64,000 nt of DNA from a virus. This document shows, piece after piece, positions 8,998-18,036 of the stretch. The stretch spans positions 4,030-68,029 of the IMG/VR virus record IMGVR_UViG_3300044908_000026. The stretch is one strand, 5' to 3'. The notes under the pieces were generated by a model that was not told where the DNA came from, ran no database searches, and worked only from the letters and a program-made list of their open reading frames with translations. Within the stretch, counting starts at the first letter, position 1. Every line of letters begins with the position of its first letter. Position numbers and translations under genes: made by a program.

Positions 8998-10820
8998 GCG
9001 AAGAGTTGGAATTAGCAGAACTGTTGGCAAAAACACCGACGCAAGATCAGGGTAATCGCGCCGTGCCGCGCACGGCGGGGGAGTCTCCTGCTCCGCCGCG
9101 ACCGGCTACCGCGACGGATGTGGACTTCGCCCAATGGCAGATTGGTCCTAATGGAAAGTTCCGCCCTGGCGCAAAGACACGCGAGAGGCTTCCGAGTGGA
9201 ATTTATCGCCTCGGTGTGGATGATTACGGCCCATACGTTGAACTCATCTCCATCGCATCGGACGACATCATCGAATTGCCGGAGCCAGCACATGTGCGCG
9301 TTCTGAGTGGCATTCGGAAGTTCTGGTCCTCGCGGGACCGCTACGAGCGCCACGGGCTGCTATACAAGCGCGGCGTGCTGCTGTGGGGGCCTCCAGGCGG
9401 CGGCAAGACGACCACCACTCAGTTGCTCATGACGGAGATCGTCAAGGCGCACAACGGCATCGTATTGATCGCGCACGATCCGAATTTTACGGTAACGGCG
9501 TTGCGTTTCCTGCGGCGGATTGAACCGCTTCGCCCGTTGATCGTCGTATTCGAGGATGTGGATGAGATTGTCTCTAATTTTGGCGAGCACGCACTGCTTG
9601 CGGTTTTGGACGGAGAACACCAGACAGACAACGTGGTTTACGTGGCGTGCCCAGCTCCAGAGGTGAGAATTCTAAAGGCGGATTTGACTTGGGTGCGAGC
9701 GGACACTTTGAAGGCAGGGGATGAATTGATAGCATTCGATGAAGAAGGTCCGCAACGCAAATATCGGACTTCTGTTGTAAACTCTTGCCCAATAATTTCA
9801 AAACCTAGATACAGAGTGACGACGGAACAGGGAAGTCTAATTGTTAGCGTGGGACATCCGTTCTTAGTAAAACGCAGCACTGGCAGATGGCACGAGTGGA
9901 AGGTTGTCGAGAGTCTCAAAAAAGGGGACAAGCTAGCGTCGGTCGGCGACACATGGGAAACCGACGAAAGCAGAGATGGTGGCTATTTGGCTGGGCAGTA
10001 TGACGCGGAAGGATCTCTTAATTTCTCAACCAATCAGCATGGTTCATTAAGCTTTAGAGTTTGTTGGGGGCAAGTAATAGGAGCGCTATCAGAGAAGGTT
10101 TCGGATTTGTTGAGGGCTCGTGGCTACAAAATTGCTGCATTCAACAAGAAACCAGTGATGGGGAGAATCGGCAAGGGGGTCGGGAAATTGGGTCCGCACC
10201 AACCGCAAATTTCCTTCACTGTGAATGGAGGCAAGTGGGAAAACCTGAGACTACTAGGTTCATTGAGGCCAAGCCGTTTACTGGGTGACAAACGACTGCG
10301 TACAGCATGGGAGGGAAATCGTCTTTGCCCTAAGTACACAAACGTATTGTCAGTCGAATATCTTGGAGAAGGCGAGGTGGTGGCGCTGGACACTACGACC
10401 AAAACTTTTATTGGCGAAGGACTTCTCCAGCACAACACGACGAATTACCCGGAGCGGCTGGGCGCGCGCATCGTCAATAGGCCGTCCCGCTTCGATGAGC
10501 GCATCAAGATCGGGATGCCGTCGCCGGAGGCGCGGTTCGTATATCTACGAAAAGCTGTCGGAGAATCCGATGTGCCGCTGGAGAAGTGGGTCAACGATAC
10601 CGAGAATCTGAGCATCGCACATCTACGGGAATTGGTCGTGGCAATCCTCTGTCTTGAGCAGGATTACGACACCGTGCTGGCGCGCCTGAAGGCGATGGAA
10701 ATTATGCCGAAGCCTGAAGACGGGTTCAAACGCAAGCAGTACGACATGCAACAAGCGCAGGCACGTGTGGCTTCGACGTGGACGTTTACCCCTCAAACGG
10801 GAGGCGGGAATGGCCTATAG
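8994..10820 (+). CDS. AAA family ATPase interrupted by an intein
   Basis: Walker A GPPGGGKT, Walker B VVFEDVD; sensor-1/SRH reconstituted after splicing as YVA|TTNYPERL...RPSRFD. Confidence 0.9.
   Translation: MSEELELAELLAKTPTQDQGNRAVPRTAGESPAPPRPATATDVDFAQWQIGPNGKFRPGAKTRERLPSGIYRLGVDDYGPYVELISIASDDIIELPEPAHVRVLSGIRKFWSSRDRYERHGLLYKRGVLLWGPPGGGKTTTTQLLMTEIVKAHNGIVLIAHDPNFTVTALRFLRRIEPLRPLIVVFEDVDEIVSNFGEHALLAVLDGEHQTDNVVYVACPAPEVRILKADLTWVRADTLKAGDELIAFDEEGPQRKYRTSVVNSCPIISKPRYRVTTEQGSLIVSVGHPFLVKRSTGRWHEWKVVESLKKGDKLASVGDTWETDESRDGGYLAGQYDAEGSLNFSTNQHGSLSFRVCWGQVIGALSEKVSDLLRARGYKIAAFNKKPVMGRIGKGVGKLGPHQPQISFTVNGGKWENLRLLGSLRPSRLLGDKRLRTAWEGNRLCPKYTNVLSVEYLGEGEVVALDTTTKTFIGEGLLQHNTTNYPERLGARIVNRPSRFDERIKIGMPSPEARFVYLRKAVGESDVPLEKWVNDTENLSIAHLRELVVAILCLEQDYDTVLARLKAMEIMPKPEDGFKRKQYDMQQAQARVASTWTFTPQTGGGNGL
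9648..10436 (+). mobile_element. Intein (263 aa) with LAGLIDADG homing endonuclease
   Basis: Begins CPAPEV, block B VSVGHPFL, YLAGQYDAEGSL, ends LLQHN with +1 Thr; visibly more AT-rich than flanks. Confidence 0.92.
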
Positions 10821-10977
10821 CCGTAGACCACCCATCCCCACCTCGGAGAAGATCCGAGCCGCGATTGAGCGGCTGGTGGAGATTAACGCGGGTATCTCGG
10901 GGTCGGCGCATCTAGAAATTTCGCTCGTACTGGATGCGCTGAAGCAGACTGTGCGAGCCGTGGAGGGTCGCCGGTGA
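10810..10977 (+). CDS. Small hypothetical protein
   Basis: RBS GGAGG; coupled to the RNA ligase. Confidence 0.5.
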   Translation: MAYSRRPPIPTSEKIRAAIERLVEINAGISGSAHLEISLVLDALKQTVRAVEGRR

Positions 10978-12032
10978 TTTACGAACATTTCGCCGCGTTG
11001 CCCGATCTAATCGAGCGCAAGATGATCTCCGCGCGAAAGCATCCCGAGTTACCGCTGTGGATTTACAACTACACTGTGCTCGCGCAGTTCACTCCGATAG
11101 CCGAGTGGACTCCAGCGATGTGTGATTGTCGCGGCCTGATTCTTGATGAGTCTGGAAACGTAGTTGGGCGTGCGTTCCGCAAGTTCTGGAACTATGAGCA
11201 AGTTCTTGATCGCATTCCAGTCTCCGAGCCATTCGAGGTATGGGAGAAATTGGACGGCAGCTTAGGGATCGTGTGCTTTTACCAGGGCAGGCGCGTGGTG
11301 TCCACGCGCGGCAGTTTCGAGTCCGAGCAGGCTCGATGGGCCGCGCAGTTCATGGACGCGCATTATCCAGATTTCGCGCCGGAACGTGAGCGCATGAGTT
11401 ATCTTTTCGAGATTATTTTTCCGAGCAACAGAATCGTCGTCGATTACGGCAAGCGGGAGGACATGGTCCTGCTATCGATCATGGACAATCTCGGTTTCGA
11501 TCTGGATGGATACTTTGAAGCTGAGATGAGATTCCCAAAGGCGCGGCGCTACGATGGAATTCTAGAATACGAGTTTCTCGAAACCCTCGGGGAGTGCCCT
11601 GAGCACGCAGGTAACGAGGGCTTTGTGCTGCGTTGGCCGTCTGGTTTTCGCGCGAAGGTCAAATTCGCAGAATATAAACGCCTGCATCGCCTAATTACGT
11701 CGTGCAGCACACGGACGATCTGGGAACTGCTACGCGCAGGGAAGGATACCTCCGAATTGATGGACCGCGTTCCTGAAGAGTTCGGAGTGTGGGTACGCGA
11801 GCAGATAGCGAGCCTTACGGAAGCACACAATCGGCTGATGGCCTGGGCGCACAGCACGTTTCAGGCTGCTCCCCAAAACGTAAGCCGCAAGGACTTCGCG
11901 GAGTACTCCAAGAAACAAACTCAGCCCGCATTACTGTTTTTATTGCTCGACGGCAAACCGATTGATGATGCCGTCTGGAAACTTGTTGAACCGAAGTGGG
12001 CGACGCCCTTTAGGAGAGATGCGGATGAGTAA
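10974..12032 (+). CDS. T4 Rnl1 (RnlA)-family RNA ligase
   Basis: IYNYT..CRGLILD..KFWN, EKLDGSL, STRGSF, FEII..NRIVVDY, EGFVLR, KVKFAEY. Confidence 0.92.
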   Translation: MIYEHFAALPDLIERKMISARKHPELPLWIYNYTVLAQFTPIAEWTPAMCDCRGLILDESGNVVGRAFRKFWNYEQVLDRIPVSEPFEVWEKLDGSLGIVCFYQGRRVVSTRGSFESEQARWAAQFMDAHYPDFAPERERMSYLFEIIFPSNRIVVDYGKREDMVLLSIMDNLGFDLDGYFEAEMRFPKARRYDGILEYEFLETLGECPEHAGNEGFVLRWPSGFRAKVKFAEYKRLHRLITSCSTRTIWELLRAGKDTSELMDRVPEEFGVWVREQIASLTEAHNRLMAWAHSTFQAAPQNVSRKDFAEYSKKQTQPALLFLLLDGKPIDDAVWKLVEPKWATPFRRDADE

Positions 12033-12885
12033 GACGTTGTTCATGATGCGCGGACTTCCGGCCTCCGGCAAGAGCACGCGCGCCAAGCAGATGCTGAAGG
12101 ACTTCGGAACAGGCAACGCGAAGCGCGTAAACAAGGACGAATTGCGGATTCTGCTTGATGACGGCCACTGGTCTGGGCCGAACGAGAAATTCCTTATCGG
12201 GGTTCGCGATCACATCATTATCTCTGCGTTGAATGCTGGCAAGCACGTCATCGTAGACGACACGAACCTAGCGCCTAAACATCAGGCTCGCTTGCGCGAG
12301 CTGGCCCTTCTAGGTGGGGCGTCGTTTGAGATTGTGGATTTTTCCCATGTCGGTGTTGATGAGTGCATTGAGCGCGACCGCAAGCGCCCCAATTACGTCG
12401 GCGAAAAGGTCATCCGCGGCATGTGGGATCAGTTCTTGCGTCCAAAGAGGGGAGCGGCGCCGGCCGATCCGTGGCTTCCATCGTGCCTGATTGTGGATGT
12501 TGACGGGACCGTAGCGCAGATGAACGGGCGTGGACCGTTCGAGTGGAGCAGGGTCGGAGAGGATCTACCAAGAAGGCCCATAATCCGCGCGGTGCTGGCC
12601 TATGGCGTTCCCTGGATCTTTATGAGCGGTCGCGACGAATGTTGCCGAGCAGCCACAGAAGAGTGGCTGACACAGTATTTCGGAGCGCCTGGTCCGCTCC
12701 ACATGCGGCCCGCTGGCGACTCGCGCAAGGACGCGATAGTGAAGCGCGAACTCTATGAGGCTCATATCCAGGGAAAATACAACGTGGAGGCAATTTTCGA
12801 TGATCGCCCGCAGATGATCCGAGAATGGCAGGCGCTTGGCTTCGCGGATCGGATTTTCAACGTCGGCGATGGAACGGAGTTTTGA
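12025..12885 (+). CDS. pseT: Polynucleotide 5'-kinase/3'-phosphatase (T4 PseT-like Pnkp)
   Basis: P-loop GLPASGKST, VDDTN; HAD motifs DVDGT, SGR, K, FDDR; overlaps the ligase stop. Confidence 0.92.
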   Translation: MSKTLFMMRGLPASGKSTRAKQMLKDFGTGNAKRVNKDELRILLDDGHWSGPNEKFLIGVRDHIIISALNAGKHVIVDDTNLAPKHQARLRELALLGGASFEIVDFSHVGVDECIERDRKRPNYVGEKVIRGMWDQFLRPKRGAAPADPWLPSCLIVDVDGTVAQMNGRGPFEWSRVGEDLPRRPIIRAVLAYGVPWIFMSGRDECCRAATEEWLTQYFGAPGPLHMRPAGDSRKDAIVKRELYEAHIQGKYNVEAIFDDRPQMIREWQALGFADRIFNVGDGTEF

Positions 12886-13005
12886 GGGAAATCCGTTGCC
12901 TGGAGAGCTGGCCGAGGTGATCGAGCGGTTGCGAGCGGCGCTGAGATTTAGGGCTTGATTTTGGACGCGGGGCGTGAGAAAATTGGACTTCGGGCATAGC
13001 CTGAA

Positions 13006-13084
13006 CGTGGCGGAGTTGCTCCCGACACGACGGTTGTTGACCGGGGGGAACTCCACGCCTCCCGGTCATTGCGTGGAGTCCGTG
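13006..13084 (+). promoter_or_regulatory. Structured leader (two hairpins; anti-SD pseudoknot) of replication initiator
   Basis: Hairpin 13038-13068; ACTCCACGC (13050-58) is the exact complement of GCGTGGAGT (13071-79), which contains the SD. Confidence 0.6.
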
Positions 13085-13801
13085 AGTAAAAAGTTACCGT
13101 TTTACAAGATGTACCCGGCTGAAGCAGACGCGGATGAAAACTTCCGCTTGATGAGCTTCGAGCAGCGCGGACTGTATTGGACCCTGCTCGATCATGCTTG
13201 GCTGAATAGCGGGCTCCCCGCCGACCCCGAGGAAATCCGAGAGATGTGCAGGCTATCCAAGCACGACTTTGACAGAATGTGGAAAAGAGTCTCCAAGTGC
13301 TTCAAGTTGGTGGGTTATCGGATGGTGAATCCTCGGCAGGAAATTGAGCGTTCTGAAGCTATATCGAAGAGCGAAAAGGCTACGTCCGCTGTACGGACGC
13401 GCTACGAACGTACTACGTCTGAAGATACGAACGTATCTATACGCGCGTCTGATTCTGAATCTTATTCTTCTTCTAAAGAAATAAATCCTAAAAAAGAAGA
13501 ACAAATTTCTTCGCGCGCGCGAGGTGATTCCTGGAAACTTGACGAGGCTTTCGTTAACTTTTCTAGCCACTGGAATGGATCATGCACCGAATCAGACCTC
13601 GCTAAAGCCTTCCGGTTCGAATGGAACAGTATCGGATTCGAGCAACAGTTAGCCGCAAGCAAGCACGCCGTGGAGTATTTCAAGAACGTCGATCCTGCTT
13701 TCGTGAAACTCCCGCAAAACTACCTTGCTGACCGCGAGTGGGAACGGAAGCCGCGACCAGCGCCGATGAGCAAGCTCGAAAGGACTATGCGCGACCTGTG
13801 A
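13082..13801 (+). CDS. Phage replication initiator, DUF1376/YdaU-like
   Basis: LPFYKMYPAE..MSFEQRGLY..LL..AW..G.LP N-terminal domain; C-terminal KLPQNYL..W. Confidence 0.8.
   Translation: MSKKLPFYKMYPAEADADENFRLMSFEQRGLYWTLLDHAWLNSGLPADPEEIREMCRLSKHDFDRMWKRVSKCFKLVGYRMVNPRQEIERSEAISKSEKATSAVRTRYERTTSEDTNVSIRASDSESYSSSKEINPKKEEQISSRARGDSWKLDEAFVNFSSHWNGSCTESDLAKAFRFEWNSIGFEQQLAASKHAVEYFKNVDPAFVKLPQNYLADREWERKPRPAPMSKLERTMRDL
13381..13510. other. Putative replication origin (iterons plus AT-rich tract) within the initiator gene
   Basis: TACG-initiated repeats at 13381, 13392, 13403, 13414, 13426 and 13440 (TACGAACGTA twice), followed by AT-rich 13451-13510. Confidence 0.6.
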
Positions 13802-13992
13802 AACACTTTTCTAACAATGCCGACTACTACGACGCACTGAGACGCATCAGGAGTTACGACTCTGTGGAACGCCTTCGCAGGCGCGCTGAAAAAGACTACG
13901 GCCTTTCGCCGAATGAGGCTATCGAGATGGCCTACGAAAACGTGAAAGCGGAAGCCGAGAATGCGATTCGTGGAAAGCGCAGGCCAAAGTGA
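13798..13992 (+). CDS. Hypothetical protein
   Basis: GTGA overlap; AEKDYGL..EAIEMAYEN. Confidence 0.55.
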   Translation: MKHFSNNADYYDALRRIRSYDSVERLRRRAEKDYGLSPNEAIEMAYENVKAEAENAIRGKRRPK

Positions 13993-14177
13993 GCGCGCCA
14001 CGAATGCAGCACTGTTTCAATTGTGGGGAAGCACTCGGGGTTTACAAGAGCTACGCCGGAGACATCGAAGTGTGCGGCAAACCGGAATGCCTGCGTGAGG
14101 CCCGCAACGCAGAGCGACAGCAAATCGAAGAGGCGCAGTATGCCGCTGAGCGCGACGATTGGAGCACGTACCGATGA
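13989..14177 (+). CDS. Small zinc-finger protein
   Basis: CFNCG...CGKPEC. Confidence 0.6.
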   Translation: MSAPRMQHCFNCGEALGVYKSYAGDIEVCGKPECLREARNAERQQIEEAQYAAERDDWSTYR

Positions 14178-14662
14178 GTATCCATCGCTACATTCTGAGC
14201 CGCACCTGGAATACCCAGAAGCGCGGCGTCGTCAACTTCATCATGCTCAACCCATCGACCGCCGACGATGTGTTCGATGACGCGACTATCCGCCGATGCG
14301 TTGGATTTGCAAAGCGGTGGGGATTCTCAGGTTTGGCGGTGACCAACCTATTCGCGTTTAGGGCGACCGATTCGAGGGAATTGGAACGGCTCGCTGGTGT
14401 GGATTTAGTCAGGGCGATTGGCGAAGAAAACGACGACACAATCCAACGGTGCGCCAGACACTCCGATGCAATCGTGTGCGCGTGGGGCAATCGCGGAAGC
14501 CTGCGGGGGCGGGACCTTCAGGTCGCCGGTTCTCTCCTGGATGCCCACGAACTGCTCTGTATTCGCCGGAGTAAGGATGGTAATCCAGTTCACCCCGTGC
14601 GCGAGGCTTACACTGATGGACCGATCCCATTCATGTACAAGCGCATCGGAGTCTGTGTATGA
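14174..14662 (+). CDS. DUF1643 family protein
   Basis: FIMLNPSTAD..DATIRRC..NLFAFRATD..CAWG..HP. Confidence 0.88.
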   Translation: MSIHRYILSRTWNTQKRGVVNFIMLNPSTADDVFDDATIRRCVGFAKRWGFSGLAVTNLFAFRATDSRELERLAGVDLVRAIGEENDDTIQRCARHSDAIVCAWGNRGSLRGRDLQVAGSLLDAHELLCIRRSKDGNPVHPVREAYTDGPIPFMYKRIGVCV

Positions 14663-15000
14663 TCGACAAAGCCACAGCCAAGCGCCAAGTGATGCGCCTC
14701 GGGGGATTGCGCGACTTCCCGAAGGACAACGCGGAGGTGTTGCGCGATTTAATTTCGGCGCTGGAGTTGGCCGATTCAGATAAACAGGCCGATGAGTGCA
14801 TCAGTTCGTTCGTGGACTTCGCGGACGATCAGACGCGGTGCCCACTGGCTCCGATGCTACGCCGATGGCTATACGACCGCCAGGAGCAGCGTAAGCAGCA
14901 CACCAGCGGATGCCAGAAATGCAAAGGCACCGGCATCGAGATCGTGGAAGTGAACGGCTATACTGGCGCGCGAGACTGCGCTTGCCGGAGGGCCGCATGA
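14659..15000 (+). CDS. Possible helicase loader/inhibitor-like protein with zinc finger
   Basis: Downstream of the initiator; CQKCKGTG...DCAC. Confidence 0.5.
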   Translation: MIDKATAKRQVMRLGGLRDFPKDNAEVLRDLISALELADSDKQADECISSFVDFADDQTRCPLAPMLRRWLYDRQEQRKQHTSGCQKCKGTGIEIVEVNGYTGARDCACRRAA

Positions 15001-15037
15001 TTCGCGAGCACTTGGCTAAACAGAAGGGAGCGGGAGG

Positions 15038-15358
15038 ATGAGGAAAGAAATCCTACAACATCTCAGCGAGAGGCCTATCATTCCATCGACGCGATTTAAG
15101 CCGGAATCACTAGTGGAGCATTGGGCGGCGCATAAAATACCTCGTGTGCCAGTCGTAGAGGGAGTAGTCAGGGAGGCGGTTATAATCCGAGCCCGATACC
15201 GTGATGACCAAGGACGGCGTTGTTCACGGTATGTCGCGGAGGTGTTCATCTGCAATAAAGACGAAAATGCCGCGTTGTTATTAGCCGAACAATGGGCCAC
15301 AGCACACAACAGCTCCACGTCAGAGGCGATAGCAACGGACGGGGAGGCGCGCGCGTGA
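15038..15358 (+). CDS. Hypothetical protein
   Basis: RBS GGAGG. Confidence 0.5.
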   Translation: MRKEILQHLSERPIIPSTRFKPESLVEHWAAHKIPRVPVVEGVVREAVIIRARYRDDQGRRCSRYVAEVFICNKDENAALLLAEQWATAHNSSTSEAIATDGEARA

Positions 15359-15585
15359 CCCGCATAGCGTTCACCCGCCCAATGGCGCGCTTGGTGGCCG
15401 CGCACAACCTCGGCTCGCGGTTGGGCATCGATTTGAGCAAGCCTTCGGCGCTGCTCACCGAATCGGATCTAGAAATCGTGTTGGAGCGCATTCCACGCTC
15501 GGGGCATACCGGGATGGCGTTGCGGCGGCGCGTGGCGAACGCGAAAGCGAAGCTGTGGATGAAGCGGGCGCGAGGTGCCGCGTGA
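15355..15585 (+). CDS. Hypothetical protein
   Basis: GTGA overlaps. Confidence 0.45.
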   Translation: MTRIAFTRPMARLVAAHNLGSRLGIDLSKPSALLTESDLEIVLERIPRSGHTGMALRRRVANAKAKLWMKRARGAA

Positions 15586-15849
15586 AGAAACTGAGTGTGG
15601 CGTGCGGCAATCTAGAGCGTAAGGTACCGGGGACGGCTTGGCCGCTGCCGGAGCAGTGCTCGGTGGCCCAAGGAAGCGTGCAGCCGATTGGCTCCATAGC
15701 ACGCCGATCCGAAGCCGGAGCGCGTCCAGGAGAACCGTTCGCAAATGTCCGGGTCGAGAACCGTGCGACCGCACTCAGTTGCATCTGTACTGGCGGCTTA
15801 ATCTTCCGCAAGCTATCGGCGGCGCGGCGCATGAGCCAAGCGTAAAAGC

Positions 15850-16117
15850 CGCTATGGGCCTCAAACAACCCAGCGAAAGCGGGCGCCGCACGGACCCCGG
15901 AAAGGGAACGCGGTTCACAACGCGGGACTGCGGACAGGAGCGGAAAGGCATGGAAATAGGAGGCGCTCGCGACGGGCAGAATTATGCGGGACCGTTCGAC
16001 CCCAGACGCTTCGCTGGAGGTTCCAACGCCCGCAAAGCCGCTTCCGCTCAAATAGCGAAAATACCGTTTCCTCTGGCTCAGCACATTGCAAGGGTGTTCA
16101 AAGCGGAGGGCCGATGA
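15850..16117 (+). pseudogene. C-terminal remnant of a DNA cytosine methyltransferase-like protein
   Basis: ...ARKAASAQIAKIPFPLAQHIARVFK tail resembles the C5-MTase motif X region; no FxGxG/PC motifs upstream. Confidence 0.35.
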
Positions 16118-16482
16118 TCCGCCGCAGCACGCCAATCCTCGACGATCTCGCGGCCAAAGTGCTTGCGAACGAACAGCAGCGCCTTTCGGAAGTAGTGCGC
16201 TGTGTGCGACCGCCAGGCTTCCGCAAACCGGCGTATCCGCTAGCGGAGTTTCGGCCGGCGACAGATGCGGATCGCGAACTCGCGCAGAAGGTTCTCGAGA
16301 ATGCGGGCAAACGGCGTGGCGGCCAGCGGATTCACACGGGACCGCCAGAATCACCAGCGAAGCGCAGGGAGGATTATTTGCGAGCTGTGGGCAGAGAGGA
16401 GCCGCTGGCGCTCCCGGCGCTAAAGAAGTTGGTGCAGAAGCAGAGGGATGTGCGGCGATCCAGAACGAGCGCAGGGGTCTAG
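16114..16482 (+). CDS. Hypothetical protein
   Basis: RBS GGAGG; ATGA overlap. Confidence 0.5.
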   Translation: MIRRSTPILDDLAAKVLANEQQRLSEVVRCVRPPGFRKPAYPLAEFRPATDADRELAQKVLENAGKRRGGQRIHTGPPESPAKRREDYLRAVGREEPLALPALKKLVQKQRDVRRSRTSAGV

Positions 16483-16622
16483 GAATCGAACTCAAACCGT
16501 CGTACTATCAGCAAGCCGTCATCAATGCCGCCAAAGTCGCAGTGGAGGGGCTGGACGGGGTTCTGAATGAGACGTTCAAGTTCGAGAGCGACGAACTGGA
16601 AGAAGCCGAGATTCCCGCATGA
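16420..16622 (+). pseudogene. C-terminal remnant of an N4/N6 DNA methyltransferase
   Basis: AAIQNERRGLGIELKPSYYQQAVIN matches the beta-class MTase C-terminus; no catalytic motif upstream. Confidence 0.45.
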
Positions 16623-17020
16623 CACGCGCACTCCCAGCCACGATGGCGGCCTGCTTGTGGCTCTGGCACCCGCTGCCCGCCAAGGCCCCACAAAGCGTCT
16701 ACGTGCCGGGAAACTGCCCTATGCGCTGGCCGCTGGCCGTGCGTATTGCCCGTATCGAGGGATGGCCTGCTGGACTACCTGGGCGTCTCAATAATCCAGG
16801 AAGCTTGGCTTTCGCCGGCCAGCGCGGCGCCGTACGGGGTGATAGGGGGTTTGCTCGCTTTTCCGATGATGCGACCGGCTGGGACGCATTGGAAGCCGAT
16901 CTGCAGGCCAAGGTGAACCGCGGGCTTGACCTGGTCGGGATTGCCCGGGCGCGGATCGGCCCAGGCGATGAGGATCTTGCGGATTACGTAGCGAAGCTCA
17001 GCGGGCGTCCTAGGCGTTAG
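16619..17020 (+). CDS. Secreted lysozyme-like protein (NNPG motif)
   Basis: Signal-like N-terminus; IARIEG..RLNNPGSL..GFARF....GW.AL. Confidence 0.55.
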   Translation: MTRALPATMAACLWLWHPLPAKAPQSVYVPGNCPMRWPLAVRIARIEGWPAGLPGRLNNPGSLAFAGQRGAVRGDRGFARFSDDATGWDALEADLQAKVNRGLDLVGIARARIGPGDEDLADYVAKLSGRPRR

Positions 17021-17051
17021 CGCCCCTCTTTCCCCACATCCACGAACACCA

Positions 17052-17540
17052 TCACCTGGCTCCCCAGCTATACCCTAACATCACGTTCTTAATGCTCGGG
17101 CTCCCTGCTGTGGTCGTGCCTCGGTAGCCCACACCGAATGTCAGCCATCCGGTAGCCGTGATCTGCCGCATGATAGTGCCGAACCCGCCGGTCGCCGCAC
17201 TGAAGCTGGTCGCGCTGGGCGTTTGTGTAACGCCGCCCGTGGCGAGCAAGTCGATTCGCGCGTACCACTTTCCATGCGTCCAGCTTTTTGCTTTGAGGTT
17301 CAGCCCCATCGAGGCTGTATCGCTCGGCTTGCCTTTGAAGAATGTCGCGTCAATAGCGTTGTACTCAGATAGGCCGCTTGCGGCTGAAATCAGGATGTCG
17401 CCTGCGCAGGTCACGCCGAAGTTGTGGCCATTATAGGAAGGGCCGCAACCAACCCAATCGAATGAGGGTGGCAATGTTTGTGGAGCGGGCGTCTGCGCGA
17501 AGGCGCAGGAGGTAAGGAGGGCGAGAAGGGTCAGGCGCAT
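17052..17540 (-). CDS. Secreted protein, possible small outer-membrane beta-barrel
   Basis: MRLTLLALLTSCAFA|Q signal; amphipathic strands; ends MLGYSWGAR. Confidence 0.55.
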   Translation of the reverse strand: MRLTLLALLTSCAFAQTPAPQTLPPSFDWVGCGPSYNGHNFGVTCAGDILISAASGLSEYNAIDATFFKGKPSDTASMGLNLKAKSWTHGKWYARIDLLATGGVTQTPSATSFSAATGGFGTIMRQITATGWLTFGVGYRGTTTAGSPSIKNVMLGYSWGAR

Positions 17541-17779
17541 TGCTTCTTACTCCATGTCGCGTGAGTCTTCTCATCGAAACAGTTGAAATTCCCAAACTCG
17601 GCGATGGTGCGAGAGGTTTTGGGGTGATGCACCTCGGCCCAGTGCGTTGCGGAATCGTAGCCCTGCGCGAAGGCTTTTGCATCGCGCTTAGTTGTAAATA
17701 GCAGGCGTCCATGCTGCCGACGCATGGCAGGCGAGTTCTCCTCGATGTAACGATAGTAACGAACTACCCAGTTGCTCAT
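17531..17779 (-). CDS. Hypothetical protein
   Basis: ATG at 17779; coupled operon. Confidence 0.55.
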   Translation of the reverse strand: MSNWVVRYYRYIEENSPAMRRQHGRLLFTTKRDAKAFAQGYDSATHWAEVHHPKTSRTIAEFGNFNCFDEKTHATWSKKQCA

Positions 17780-18036
17780 TGCCTTCCCTCGTAGCCCACC
17801 CTCAACTTGACCACTTCCTTCGGATCGTTCCCGGTGCCAGTCATGATGAACAAGTCCTGATCGCTGGTTTGCCACGCCTGCTGTTTCCCATCGAGCGGCA
17901 GCGCCACGTCGATGCAGGCCGGGTGCTCGATGCTCGGCGGAGGAGCGGCGGCTGGCGACAGGAGCGAGGGCCGGGAGCAGGAGGAGAGGAGGAGGAAGGC
18001 GGCTAGGATGGCCAGTAAGAGCGGGAGGCGGGTCAT
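17776..18036 (-). CDS. Lipoprotein
   Basis: MTRLPLLLAILAAFLLLSS|C lipobox. Confidence 0.65.
   Translation of the reverse strand: MTRLPLLLAILAAFLLLSSCSRPSLLSPAAAPPPSIEHPACIDVALPLDGKQQAWQTSDQDLFIMTGTGNDPKEVVKLRVGYEGRQ

Noticed and set aside
15455-16495. 346-aa minus-strand ORF
   Set aside because: Low-complexity GC-rich shadow opposite a coupled + strand operon
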